Part shown: positions 38,750 through 50,661 of the stretch, one piece after another | Layout of the letters: each line of letters opens with the position of its first letter | Numbering within the stretch: position 1 is the stretch's first letter | DNA from: Lingula anatina | Lineage: Eukaryota; Animalia; Brachiopoda | Assembly (NCBI GenBank): GCA_051362555.1 | Contig: CM120640.1 | Location: forward strand, 31,081,967 to 31,145,966 | Length of the DNA stretch: 64,000 nucleotides | Direction of reading: 5' to 3' | Notes under the pieces: model-generated | Told to the model about the DNA's origin: nothing | Seen by the model: only the letters and a program-made list of their open reading frames with translations | The model's database searches: none | Translations under genes and position numbers: made by a program

Positions 38750-38888
38750 GGATGACGCATCAATCCTTGTTTTATCTATTGGTGAAGCCGTCCATCAATT
38801 AGAATGCTAGATGTGGCCTTAATCCTGGTATAAATCAGAGCGTCTAACTGCATTAGGGATTTTCCTATTTCCGAACCAGCGCCATAAG
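38750..38888 (+). promoter_or_regulatory. Candidate core promoter and short non-coding exon 1 of the knottin gene
   Basis: TGACG half-CRE at ~38753, TATAAAT at 38829-38835, pyrimidine-rich Inr-like tcctatttcc ~30 bp downstream, donor ataag|gttagt at 38888/38889 (alternative gca|gtaagt at 38926/38927); the ATG exon has an acceptor at 39394-39396, so an upstream exon is expected. Confidence 0.5.
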
Positions 38889-39401
38889 GTTAGTCTCGGT
38901 CTTGCAATCTCTTGCAATTATTTGCAGTAAGTTATTGTATTTAAAGTATTTTTATTAAAATAATGATCTCAGCATATGCATTTATTGCATCCATTGGCAC
39001 CGGACAAGAATAATTCAAACCTCATCAATATCTACCAGTTTATTCATTGATGTAGCAACTCATGTATAACGCCGTATCGTGTTACTTTTAGACAAGTCAT
39101 AGTTCATTGAAATTGGAATGTATTGCAAAGAGTTATTCATTTGGTTCCTACAGTGTGTTCTGGTTATGATGCAATAACCAGCTGGGGAATTGTCGCAAAC
39201 ACCGTTGATTTCTTTGAAAGTGCCTTTACAGTCTGTTTGTTGTCCCCGATGTCACTCTCATTTCAATTTTTATATCATTCTTTTCCACGTGCAGGTTATA
39301 GTGTTTCATGTATAGAATGTGGAACTAGAAGAATTGTCATTGCTGTACGTTTATCTCTCAGAGATATATTGTAACTCAGTGTGTTATGTTTTTCAGATTT
39401 C

Positions 39402-39486
39402 ATGATGAAGCCATTTTACCTGACTTTTTTGCTCTGCGTGGTGATGATTTTCGCTGTCCTTGGGGGAACTTTTGCCTTCTACGAAT
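39402..39486 (+). CDS. Agatoxin-like knottin precursor, coding exon 1 (signal peptide MMKPFYLTFLLCVVMIFAVLGGTFA-FYE)
   Basis: Acceptor tgtttttcag at 39387-39396, ATG at 39402, basic n-region + hydrophobic h-region + T-F-A cleavage motif, phase-1 donor t|gtaagt at 39487. Confidence 0.82.
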
Positions 39487-40480
39487 GTAAGTTATATACA
39501 CTTTTCCATTTCCCAGTCCAGTAGATCCTTCAACATTAAGTGATTGGACACAACTTTTCTAGTCATTTGGGATTTTCGGAAAAAACGCGTTGTAGGGTAT
39601 GTGAAGGGCTCTACTCTCAGCTAGACGAGATTTCTTGGCTTCGAGGAAAACACTATTAAGGCCTCCATCAGCGATGGATGTTTCTGCATAATTAAACTAA
39701 TATTATGATAATAATAATTTATTGAGCATTAAAATGTGTTCAGTTACATTTTACAAGCTCTCTAAACTACAGTTTTACATAAATTGTGCATGTAAGCTTA
39801 AATAAGTATAACTACTTTAGATCATTCAAATACCAAAATACATATAAGCTAACTACTTCATACATATAGCTCACAATAGTAAGACAATTTTTTAATACTG
39901 GATATAGTATTTTGTACAATATGCATTTGCTACTTAGGCATAACTGCCTGTATAAACTTGGCCACTGCTGATGCACTTGCATGACACTGCGGATTGAGAA
40001 TTTGTATTATTATGCTATCATCATCAGTGCCTGATAGACCAGAGAATAGTGACAGGGAATCAAACATTTTTTTACGCTCACGTTGATGCTGAGTGCAGAT
40101 CAGGAGAAAGTGCTTTTTATTATTTGCTCGGCTGTAAAATTACTCAATTTTGGTCGTGGTCTATTTCTCTCAATAGTTTTATACTCGACCCTTAAACTGC
40201 AGTTTGATGCTTGGATTTACGACACGAAACGTTACGTCAGTTGAAAGAAAAAAGATTTTTTGTTCAGCAAACAATGGTTTGCAAGTGGAATAAACCGAAA
40301 TCAAGGAAGTTGAACTCCCAAACCGAAAATATGTTAAGTAGCAATACCCAAAACAACCTACACGTTGTTTTCATATATACATAGTATGCTTTACATTGGG
40401 TATTTTTCACTTAAATATACCAAATAACTGACCAACAGTCACAATGGGACAGTTTGAAAGATGGTGTACACAGTGTCCAA

Positions 40481-40741
40481 CAGGGGCGGCTCCATGATTT
40501 TTGAAGGGGGGGCGTTTATTTTTTTTAGGAATTGACAGGCCTCGGATTGAGAGGCCGAAGCTTGACGTTAGGTTCGGGGCACGCTCGAGGGCTCTGAAAA
40601 AAATTGGTGTTTTGGAGAGCTTATAGCGCCCTTTGGTATCGCTTAGAACTATGATTCAGCTAGAAGTTTTTTGGTGCCTTTTTATCAGAAATCGAAGGGG
40701 GTCAGGAGCCCCAGACCCCCCCCCCCCCCCAAATCCACCAC
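40481..40741. mobile_element. hAT-like MITE (caggggcgg.tcca end), degenerate
   Basis: Starts caggggcggctccatgatttttgaaggggggg and ends cccccccccaaatccacca, a decayed inverse; same end type as 58700-58851. Confidence 0.6.
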
Positions 40742-40744
40742 ACA

Positions 40745-41045
40745 CTATTGGTCAAAAATGGAATCGACATTTCGATTTACCCTATCAATAATAGCAAGAA
40801 AATCCGTAGAGATATTTGGGATGCTTTTTGGTAGAGTGTGTGCAGGGAAATGTCGTCTAATGTGCCGGCTGCAGGTCAGTCCGTGTTTGGGGTGCATTCC
40901 TTGCCTATTGTTTTTGAAGATCTTTCATTCCAAAACAGAGCGTTAATGGGACCAATTGCCGTAACATTCTCAACAGATACTTCACTCCGTATGCAAAACG
41001 TGAATTCATGGATGAATACACGCTTCATCATGACAATATCAGGAG
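40745..41045 (+). pseudogene. Tc1/mariner transposase DDE-domain fragment (intronic, decayed)
   Basis: Frame from 40861 reads CAGCRSVRVWGAFLAYCF*RSFIPKQSVNGTNCRNILNRYFTPYAKREFMDEYTLHHDNI, matching the Tc1 pattern SVMVWGAF...MN..Y..IL...P......FQQDN; upstream WSKMESTF resembles WSDESKF. Confidence 0.7.
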
Positions 41046-43313
41046 AGAGTGCGAAGCAACATTCATTGTTCCCCAACACCTCTGTCTAAAAAGAGGTAAA
41101 TAAAAGACAAATGTTATTATCTAGAGCTGTGCATGGGTGGAACAATGTGTTTTTTTTTTGCACTCGCCCCTATCGCTATCGAAATAAAAGCTGAAACTGG
41201 ACTTCAGTTAACTGTTCACCTAACTGTTCTTCATTGCCGTTTTGATACCGTTTTACAGACTGAATAACATTTCATTTTCCGTATGTTCGACTAGGTGCAT
41301 TGAACACCAAAGAAAATAGTAGTCAGGGTCTAAACGGCGATGAAGAACTGCTACAGTATAATTGAAGATGGCAAAATCTAAGATAATCAGTCCAAGATTT
41401 GTCACCAATGTTGACAGCCATTTAAAATTTTCGAAATGCTTTCGTATATTCTTAACCGAGTGTGACACTCAAATAGCGCTTAAATCTGGGACACAGTCAT
41501 ATCAGTTTGTTTTGCAGCTGTACATTTTAGAAAAGAAAGATCTCAGAATAATATTATCATGTTTTTTGTTTGTTTGTTTGTTTGTTTAATTGTTGGTTTG
41601 ATTTTGGGGGTCATCTCATGGATCATTTACGGCATACACACTAGAGAAATACAAAAATTATTATTTGTGGCAAATTTTGATAGGTGAAGTAAACGGGTTA
41701 CCATCGTTTCCGTTTTCAATTTCAGTATGAAGTTTGATCTCCCATACACGTGAACTTTACAAACCGTTCACTTTCGGGATTTGAATACCTGAAGTACACT
41801 CTGCTTTTCTTAAAACAATAAGGTGTAAGGAAACCCTTTCATAAGAGCGTGTATAATCTCAGATTTTTTTACCCAATCTTGTTTCCTTTCCTTCAGAAAC
41901 GCACGAGAGCGAAACCATAGCTAGCGTGTAGATTCGTTTCCCCATTCAGATTCGACCCAGTGACCAAGCGTACGTAGTGGGAATTTCCATTGAGACGAAA
42001 TGACCCGGTCACATGAATATTTATTGAGGCTACTTAAATTACGGCAGGCGATTTCATGACATCGCTGTTTTACTGCCGATTCAGGATCGCATCGTGCTAT
42101 CCCAACTCTTTAAAGTTTAGTGTACTCTTCCTGATAATTTTTTAATGTGTTTAATATTATATTTTCCTAAATTTATGAATATAACGCAAATCTATCATAC
42201 ATATTCTAAGCGGAAAGCGTGCTCACATGATCGGCGGCATGTTGAAATTTTGATGCCCATGTCCCATTGTTGTTACCCAGTATCGTGGACGTGCAGATAT
42301 AATACTATATATAATACTCACGGCAGGTATATACAGTAATACTTATTCTGTTATAATCTGCGGCGCTTCTTACTTACCCTTTTCTATACCTTCCGTATTA
42401 TTTTTAATGTCGACTGGAAATCCATGATGGAGGTAGAAATTTCGTGATCATGCAGCACGTGGATACAGTATGTATACCATCCTTTTAATGTAAAGACATT
42501 TTGTACAGCTTGGCATTCACTGATAAATTGTATAACGCCGGAACACTTGTGCGGTAAACAAAATAGCTAGGTCACGTGCATAGTTGAAACGAACACAATT
42601 TAAAGTGATATTGGTATAGGCAGATGTGTCATCCCCCCAAAAACATCACTTGAGTCACGTCAGTGCTAAAAACGTTTTGTATAATTTTTTCATAATTCTG
42701 ACTTTTAGACTATAAGGCATTTTTACTTTGCTTTTTAAAAATCTACACTAATTAAAAGTGATATAAAACAGTTGTGCAAATATTGCACACTATGTACGTG
42801 TGTCAGTGTCGTGACTCGAATATTAACTTTTTGTGGAATGACCCAGAAAAAGTCTGATGCCAGTAAGTCCATTATTTCCATTGTCGAAGCCTCATTTGTC
42901 ATTATGATCCATTATCTCATCTGCCAAGAAATGATACCTGTGGGAAAATGCATCAACTGAGTAGATACCATATGCACTTAAGGCCTCTAGAAAGAGGCGA
43001 ACATACAGGAAGCAATGTATCGTTAATGACGCGATCAATGGTTGTTCTTTGGGTCAAAAGACACTTTATTACCGTAGGAAATACGGGGAAGTGTTTTAAG
43101 ACATTTAAATCAGCAATGTGTCTGGTAATGCCAAACTAGGCTATTCTTCGGCTGGCTTCTTAGTTATCTAAAAGCAGTTTTATAAAGCAATGATCAGTGT
43201 AGCTTACAGCAAAACCATTAGCGCAAGTATGTTTTGCTTAATCTGCGTCTTCTTTAATGATACTTGAGGAACTATCTCTAGGACGTGAGGTTATTTCGAA
43301 CCACTTATCCATC

Positions 43314-44421
43314 TTTTTATGTACAGACACATCTCAGTAACATACTGTATATAGCGGTCACCTGCGTCTGTCGTCGCCGTCGCCGTGCACTTTCACCGAT
43401 AACATGATAAGTGGAAAACCGTTTCTCTTCAGGCTTGAAACTTTCAGAACTGATGAATATTCATAAAACGTAGGTCGAGTTCGAAAATCAGCATGATCAG
43501 GGCATTTTTTCAAAAGTTTTGCTTTTTTTTTACCATATGTGCAACACTGATAACAAATTTTAAGGAGAACCAATCGGTCCATTGTCCTGGAATTCACAGG
43601 AGTGATCAATTTTACTTAAAAATACATGTTGGTCGGCTCAGTTTTGCTGAAGTAATGCCTTTTTTATGTAAGTGTTTTTTATCCTCAGATTCAATTCTTA
43701 GGCATGTTAACATTCTCATTATTGAACTACTGTAATTAGACACGTTTAAGTGTTCTTTTGACATTTTCTGTATCTTAACAATATTGTTAGTTGATTGTAT
43801 AAAAAATGATGGTAAACCTGTTATGGTGTATTGTGTAATACAGAGTCAAAAATGGAAATAAACTCACATCATTGCAGTTTGTTAGATTCAATCCTTTGCT
43901 ATGTTCAGAATCTCAAAATGGGGAAAATTGGATATTTAAAATTGTTCTATTTATATTTTTTTCACCTCAACAATTTTCTTAGTTGATCATATAAAATTGT
44001 TAGTAAATTGATAATTTTGTTTTACGGAAAAAGTGTTGAAAATGGTAAGAAACTCATTTCAGTACAGTTATTTCTCGTGTACATATTGGCATTTTCAAGG
44101 CGTGACTTACAAATTTCATGGGCCTGAAGGCCTTTGCTAGTCACGTTTTCTAAATACCCATGTTACCTGCAGTGCATTATGCTGTTAACCATCATGTAAT
44201 ATATTGCATCAAAATTGGAGAAAACCCTATTTTGGGCACTGCCCCCATAGTGACCATTAAAAGAAAACCTTGTCACCAACTCTTCTCAAACTTACAGAAA
44301 AGTAACATAGGACTCAAATAAGTTTCAATTGGAAAACCCGTCTTATTGATTACCTTTTCTAGAAATTATATTTTTGTCAGAATTAAAATATTCACATATC
44401 GACATTTTCAAGGTGTAACTT
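43314..44421 (+). mobile_element. Helentron/HINE-like non-autonomous element, family B (partial copy, intronic)
   Basis: tttttatgtacagacac start, (gtc/cgt)n microsatellite, then sequence collinear with the reverse complement of 60490-61780. Confidence 0.75.
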
Positions 44422-44945
44422 TGATGGGCGCCGTCCAATGTAAAGGGGTTTTTAGACGCTAACATCTTCTTCAAAGCTCCTTTACACTGGATGGCGTCCT
44501 TTCTGCGTCCCTTCCGAGATCAATAATGTGTTCAGGACACTCAAGGGTCGCCAAAGTAATTAAATCGTGTCTCAGTGTAAAGGAGTCTGCGTCCGTTGTG
44601 CGTCCTTTGAACGACCGAATCTAGATTTCACATGTAAAACTGCGTCCATTGCGATGTTTTATGGACCATTGGGCATCCTCGCTGCTTTCTTTGTACCTTC
44701 ATCTGCCACATGCTAAACCGATGAGCGTTGTTTGGACGTCCTTTGATACATTCTTACACTTATGTATTTTTTATCACTTCTAACCCGGTCAACCAATTCT
44801 AAACATCTTCAGAAAACGAAACATAATTTGGAACGCAAGCTCTGCATGGACTGATTATAAGCCAGGTGATCATTGTTGTTAAAAAGGATGTAGAGACGCC
44901 GAAGACAAAAAAAAAAAAAATGATAAAAAATAAAAAAATAAAAAC

Positions 44946-45356
44946 CTAGAAAAGCACTCAGAGAGCGCAGACCTCCGCCAAGGCAGCAAAGTCTCCACCC
45001 AATGCCGTTTCACCCCTAATTTTTCATTCTATAATGATTTAATTTTTTGATTTTTGATTATTGATTATAGATTGATTATTGATCCGGATCACAATCAAAA
45101 ACTAATCATCTGTTCCTTGGCCCACTTGTGACAGTTCCTGAAAATTTCATCAAAATCGGTCCATAACTTAGTTTTTTTATTTTTGATTATTGATTGATTA
45201 TTGATCCAGATCACCACCAAAAACTAATCGCTTCTAAGTTAACCCATTTCTGACCTACCCTGAAAATTCCATCAAAATTCATCCATAACTTTTTGAGTTA
45301 TGTTGATGACAAACAGACAAACAGGGGTGAAAACATAACCTCCTTGGCGGAGGTAA
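44946..45356 (-). mobile_element. Helentron/HINE-like element, family A
   Basis: Subterminal inverted repeat acctccgccaagg / ccttggcggaggt, (gttt/gtct) microsatellite, two internal repeats, 3' hairpin gcactc..gagcgc then CTAG; copies at 52659 and 59087. Confidence 0.85.
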
Positions 45357-46149
45357 AAAGCCGACTGACACAACAGAGGATTTTTAAATCTGTTTTCAAA
45401 AGACGCATTCTGCAAAAACTGCGACAAGAACTGCATCTTGAAAAAAGCAAAATATTCGTTTTCTAATGTCCTCCAAAAATGAATCGGTTCAAGAATTTTA
45501 GGAAAAATACCAACTGGAGGCTGGTATGAGACCATTAGAAGCATGTGTAGGATTTCCTGTTTCTGTTAAAAAAAAACATTAGTACGCCCCCGTTTAAAAG
45601 TTATACTTTAAGTGCCTTTGCGCATGCCTTATTCGTCATTTTATAGTGTCTTTCATGAAATTAAACATGGCGGCAAGTTTGGGTTGCTAGTCATAATAGC
45701 ATATAACAAAGCATGAAAGCTTATGAAAGAATGAGTCACTCGGTACATGTACCTCTGATAGAAAAACTTTTTCACGGTAAAATTTCACATGAAGAATGCT
45801 AAAGTCATGTTTTATTGTGCATAAATATTTCAGAATTAAACATTTCATATATCGTATTACCTGATGACTATTCATCTGTGTAGTCTATCAATAATAATCG
45901 TAAGTGTAAAAGTTTTATTTTCTACACAAAATGAAAAAGCAGAAACAAAGCATTCGGTCACACCGTGACCTTCCTCAGTGTCTGTTGTTGTGAGATTGAA
46001 CACTACTTACCAATGTATCAGTAGTTGTTTCAGTCCAAATATTCAATACGACTCATCACCCTAAAAATTATGATGCCATGAGTCAGTAAAAGTTATTCTT
46101 TTTAAAAAAAGTTATTATTAACGATTAGCCAACTTATAGAAATACTATT

Positions 46150-46520
46150 CAGTATCTTAGCAAATGGTGTGATAAACATCCCCTGCAATTTAATGTTAGA
46201 AAAACTAAGGAAATGATTTTGGAAATGCCTAAGCTCATTCAACAGTAACAAGGTGTATTAAAGATATTAATGCTTCACTAGTAAATGAGAGTAAATACTT
46301 AAGATGCATTGTCGATGATACAAAGCAAGTAGGGAAAGCAAACGAAGGCTGTTTAACCTTTACTTCTCAATGGAATTAATAAAGATGGAAAGGTCAAGGC
46401 TTTTGTTTTTCAATTCTGAGATTGATATTGTTTATATGCTATTGAATGTCTGTTCCCCAGTATTACTGACAAAATAAGAAAAATGTAAGACATACCCTCC
46501 CCCCCCCAAAAAAAAATAAT

Positions 46521-46552
<32 letters not shown>

Positions 46553-46740
46553 TAAAAAAGAGAGGTATTTAGGTAATAGCACATCACACATACATACATA
46601 TATTGTAAAAGAAAAGCTATAGCATTTGTAACAAAAATCATGCATGATGATGAACACCCTTTGCAATCTGAGTTAAAGCTATTTTCGTCTGGAAACCTTC
46701 TTAACGTAAACTTTTGCGGAAATTATTTTGTTACTACGTA
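46150..46740 (+). pseudogene. Rex1/Babar-like LINE RT C-terminal remnant
   Basis: Piecewise QYLSKWCDKHPLQFNVRKTKEMIL, VNESKYLRCIVDD and IMHDDEHPLQSELKLFSSG resemble WC..N.L.LNV.KTKEM, YKYLG and D..HP....F.LLPSGRR. Confidence 0.65.
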
Positions 46741-47405
46741 TGAATTGCAAGTCAACACCCCCCCCTTGGGCGAAAATATCTTATCTTGTCTTAACAGCTT
46801 AGAATTGAAAGTTGTGGAAAAACCAGAGAATCTGTGTGATGCAACATGGTATTGGAATGTGAATGATAAGGGGAGTCATATGATTCTAAAATTGAGAATA
46901 TACGAATAAATCTTTTTGGACACAATACAGCGTATGTTCTCCCTTACTATCTAAAAATGGTTACGTAACGTTACCACCAGTCGATACAACTACCATCACA
47001 CTTGCTGTAAAGGTTACATTATCATAGTACTAGCTATTGCTCACTTACTCCACATGGACTCTTGCAATCAGATCAAATCCAAACTCTGTCTACATGTAGA
47101 ATGTGTGGGCCCCTATACAGTGGCACTTTTAGTTCTACATGTAGGTGCAGAGGCCCACAAATGTTTAATTTATTTCGTTCGTAATTCAAGTTCAAATGTG
47201 ATAAAACAATATTTCGCCAGACACAATTAGTAATCTCGTACTGTTATTGTTACTTTCGGCAGTAACAATTGATTGAATTATTCATTATTACGCCTTCACA
47301 TCGCGAGTTAAAATAAAATATGTCACAAACCTTTTATCTTGCTGTGCCTCAAAATTTCACATTATGTATTAAAATTTTAATCAATTTGGACTTTTTCTTT
47401 TCCAG

Positions 47406-47460
47406 ACCAGGAAAGGGGGAATAACAAAATGTCAGACGACTTTCCATTCAACGTTGAAAG
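47406..47460 (+). CDS. Agatoxin-like knottin precursor, coding exon 2 (propeptide YQERGNNKMSDDFPFNVE-R)
   Basis: Strong polypyrimidine acceptor ctttttcttttccag, 55-nt open exon, donor aag|gtaact; enters in phase 1 and exits in phase 2, exactly bridging the flanking exons. Confidence 0.75.
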
Positions 47461-48419
47461 GTAACTACATTTCTGACTAGAATACTTATTTTTGGTTGTT
47501 TCTTTTATATAAGTAATGAAAAAACTGGATCATTAATTGTTTTTATTCATGTGAAAAAAATGGGTCTTTGAAAACATCATCATATTGCGATGATATACAT
47601 TTTCATTAGCAGAAACCGTTTAAGCGTGGGACATGATACAAATTAAATGTACAGACTGAACATTCAATATGAAATAGTTTTTTCTAAATCTTTTTTCAAA
47701 ACTTTTTCTGACTGATAAATGAAAATATGGATAAAATCGTGTTTTAAAATTTTTAATAATCTCTTTGATGTCATTGTAACATCAGTTCGATTCTTTGATT
47801 GAATTCGTCATTGAAGCAAACTAAAAACATTGCCGATTCCAAGTTAAACGACAACCATTAAAAGTGATATTTGGGATCTCCACATTTTCCAAATTATCAT
47901 CTGTAAATAGTTACATGCCCTTAAAAGGACCCCCGCTAAGGGCCTTGAAAACGCGTTCTGGTGGCAATTTGACCCTAATTCTGAACGGAATTGGTGGTCT
48001 TTCTTGAGGTGAACCAGTATACCCGTAAAGAAAAGTGAGTCTGGTACATGTATCCTGTTGGTAAGATTTCTATACATTATGCCAAACCTCTGTGTAGGTA
48101 CCTCAGTTTGGGCATAATCCTATAAAACTGTGCAGTGTGTTCTGTGTGACTTAATAATCTGCCCGACAATGTTGGTATTTTTCGTGCCATTCTGGCACAG
48201 ATTAACAATGTTATGTAACACTGCTTTACGCACTGAAAAACCGACCGTTTGCAAAAATTCAAATTCTTCTATGCTGTAGTTGCCGATATTTGGATACTTT
48301 TTTATGGAACCATGATTCGCCAAAGCCAAGCTTTGACCAGCCCAAAGGGGCATTTCCAAATCAAACCACTGCATATTACACAATGCAGCAGTGCTACACA
48401 CATGGTACTCAGTCAATGG

Positions 48420-48829
48420 TACATGTAGCGACACACCTTACGGCCTGTTTGCGTCCAAATTTGCGTAGAGTTTCACGTGTCACGAAGTCCTTCTTACGAA
48501 ATTTGGAGTTCGCAGACAGCCGTTACGGAGGATATTGGACATGTCCAAAAGCTTCTACGAATAATCTACTAACAGCGAGGCCGCAAGCGTAACTTGCTCC
48601 CCTCGCAAGGAGTTCGCCAGGAGTTCGTAAGTGAAACGTGCGTGGTCAAAGACGTACATCGCAAACAATGAAGAAGCAAGTACCTTCTGCGTGTTGAGTA
48701 CGGCGAACGACATCGCAAGACAGGCTTGCTTTCCTCTAGCTCTACGGACTCCACGGCCTCCACTGGACCCAAAATTCGTAGGGGGCGTGCGGTCTTAAAA
48801 TTCGTGCGTCCGGTTGTGACCGAGGCTTA
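48420..48829. mobile_element. GC-rich DNA-transposon remnant with Harbinger-like terminus
   Basis: CpG-rich block ending cggttgtgaccgaggcttaa (terminus-like followed by taa); partner terminus not found. Confidence 0.4.
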
Positions 48830-49937
48830 AAGGTACATACGAACCGAGCATCGGTGGAGTGTGGATTCCCATTAAAACATATAAACCACTTCTACTAGTG
48901 TCTTATAGGAGTCAAATAAATTCGACATGGGAAGGGATAAACTGAATAGATCACTCGATCAGCCATAAACGAGCTTTAGGCAGCTCCTTTCCTTAAATTT
49001 TTGGTCAAAAATTTAGCCTACTTTCGTTACCTACTTTTCTGCCCATTGACATACAGCGTAGAATGCTAGCAGAAAAATCCGTTCAAACATCATTTTCAGG
49101 TAGAATTATACAATGCCTTTTGTTAATTCTCTTAGTTATACTACTTGAAACTATATGCTGGCATTACGTTGGCTTTTGTGGCAAAAAATTGACTTTGTAT
49201 GCATCTTTAAAGCTGATGCCAAGCTCGAGTTCCGTTTTAGGTAGACGTACATTACGTAATATAGACAGGGATGTGCGCATCTCAGCACTTAAGTGTGAAA
49301 TCGCCTCCAGTGTCAAATATGAAGGGTAGGCCTATGTCTGAAACTGGATTACGACCGTTGCAAGGCCACAGAAAAGCAAGGCGGAAACCCCACAGAAAAA
49401 CGTTGTTCAAGCCCAGCTTGACGTCGTTCAGCGGGTACTAAATTTTGTGCTGTGTGTGTAACGGACAGATACCATTAGACAACATGGTGGAAACGTTTGA
49501 AACACGTTAGTGTTCCAGTGCAGGAGTTTTAACTCTATTGAATTCTGCTTGCCTTTTTGGCTTTATTTTTGAATACAAAAATACAAATAAAATAAAATTT
49601 TCTACAAAAATGGACACATCAAATTGATATAAAAGTTACATAATATATATCTTAAACGAAAGTCAATCGGTGTCATACCCTCTGTCTTTAGTAAGGAGAG
49701 AAAATTGACCCAGAGTCACACCTAGAAAGAGCACATTTAGGTGTCACACCTGGATGCCATAGCGAGCATCGATAAGATTAGCATATTTTATCCCAGAACA
49801 GTTAGATGTGAACAGTGTAATTGTGCATGTTATAGTTGTGCAAAATTTAGCATTTTTTTGCATTTTTTAATAAAATTAACAGAAAATATAATTTGAAAAT
49901 GTCATCAAAATTTCTGTACGTTATTAGAACAGTGGAA

Positions 49938-50175
49938 TCCCAGCTTACACAAAATAAAAGCATTATGGAACATTATAATAACTTTGTAGGGAGTTTCAAA
50001 ATGTTAATAAAAACGTTTCAATCGTTATCATTCTGGAACAACATGAAATCACAATATTTTCTAACTATCAAAAAACGTTATGGTAACGTTATAATAACCA
50101 TATCATGTGGAGAAAAGAAAACGTTGTGGTAATGTTATAATAAAAGTCTCAAAAAACATTTGTATAAAACGTCCA
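49938..50175. mobile_element. MITE-like fragment with repeated aaaacgtt units
   Basis: cccagcttacacaaaa start followed by several aaaacgtt/aacgttataataac repeats. Confidence 0.45.
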
Positions 50176-50507
50176 ATTAGTTTCTATCAATATCTTCCTA
50201 TCCTCTCAGCCCCTTGATAGTAATTAAAGCTTAAGTGTGAATGCAAAGAGGAGACATTCTGTCTATACTTAAGAAAGAAACATCTGGAGCCTTTCTATAC
50301 ATTATCCCGGTTCTGTCCCTGAGAAGCTTACAGCTCATTGATACTCTTACCTCACATAAATCCTTTTTACTGTGACTAGTAAATTATATTTCGAGAAACA
50401 GACCTACAGACCTAGGTTCTAGATACAGTTAGTGAAATCTATCTGGATAAAATTACGTTTACTTCGAAGTACATGAATATTCATCAGCTGCTTCTATATT
50501 TTGCTAG

Positions 50508-50661
50508 GCGCCGAAGCCAGAAACTGTGGCGTTGCGTAGGATGGAACCGGCCTTGCTCCCCAGACGCAAACCAATGGTGGCACCGTTGTTGCAAACAGTA
50601 CACTTGTAAATGTCTGCTTTGGTCAAAAAAGTGCAACTGCGCTGACAAATACGGCAAGTAA
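50508..50661 (+). CDS. Agatoxin-like knottin precursor, coding exon 3 (RRR-SQKLWRCVGWNRPCSPDANQWWHRCCKQYTCKCLLWSKKCNCADKY-GK*)
   Basis: Acceptor ttctatattttgctag at 50492-50507; cysteine framework C-x6-C-x10-CC-x4-C-x-C-x6-C-x-C; basic cleavage site before and Gly-Lys amidation signal after; stop at 50659-50661. Confidence 0.9.

Noticed and set aside
45600-45690. YY1-like aacatggcggc and gcgcatgc as an intronic promoter
   Set aside because: Short motifs common in transposon ends; the following ATG frame closes within a few codons.
50473-50507. ORF-track start MNIHQLLLYFA for the knottin
   Set aside because: Too short for a signal peptide and coincides with the polypyrimidine tract and acceptor; the spliced model gives a complete precursor.
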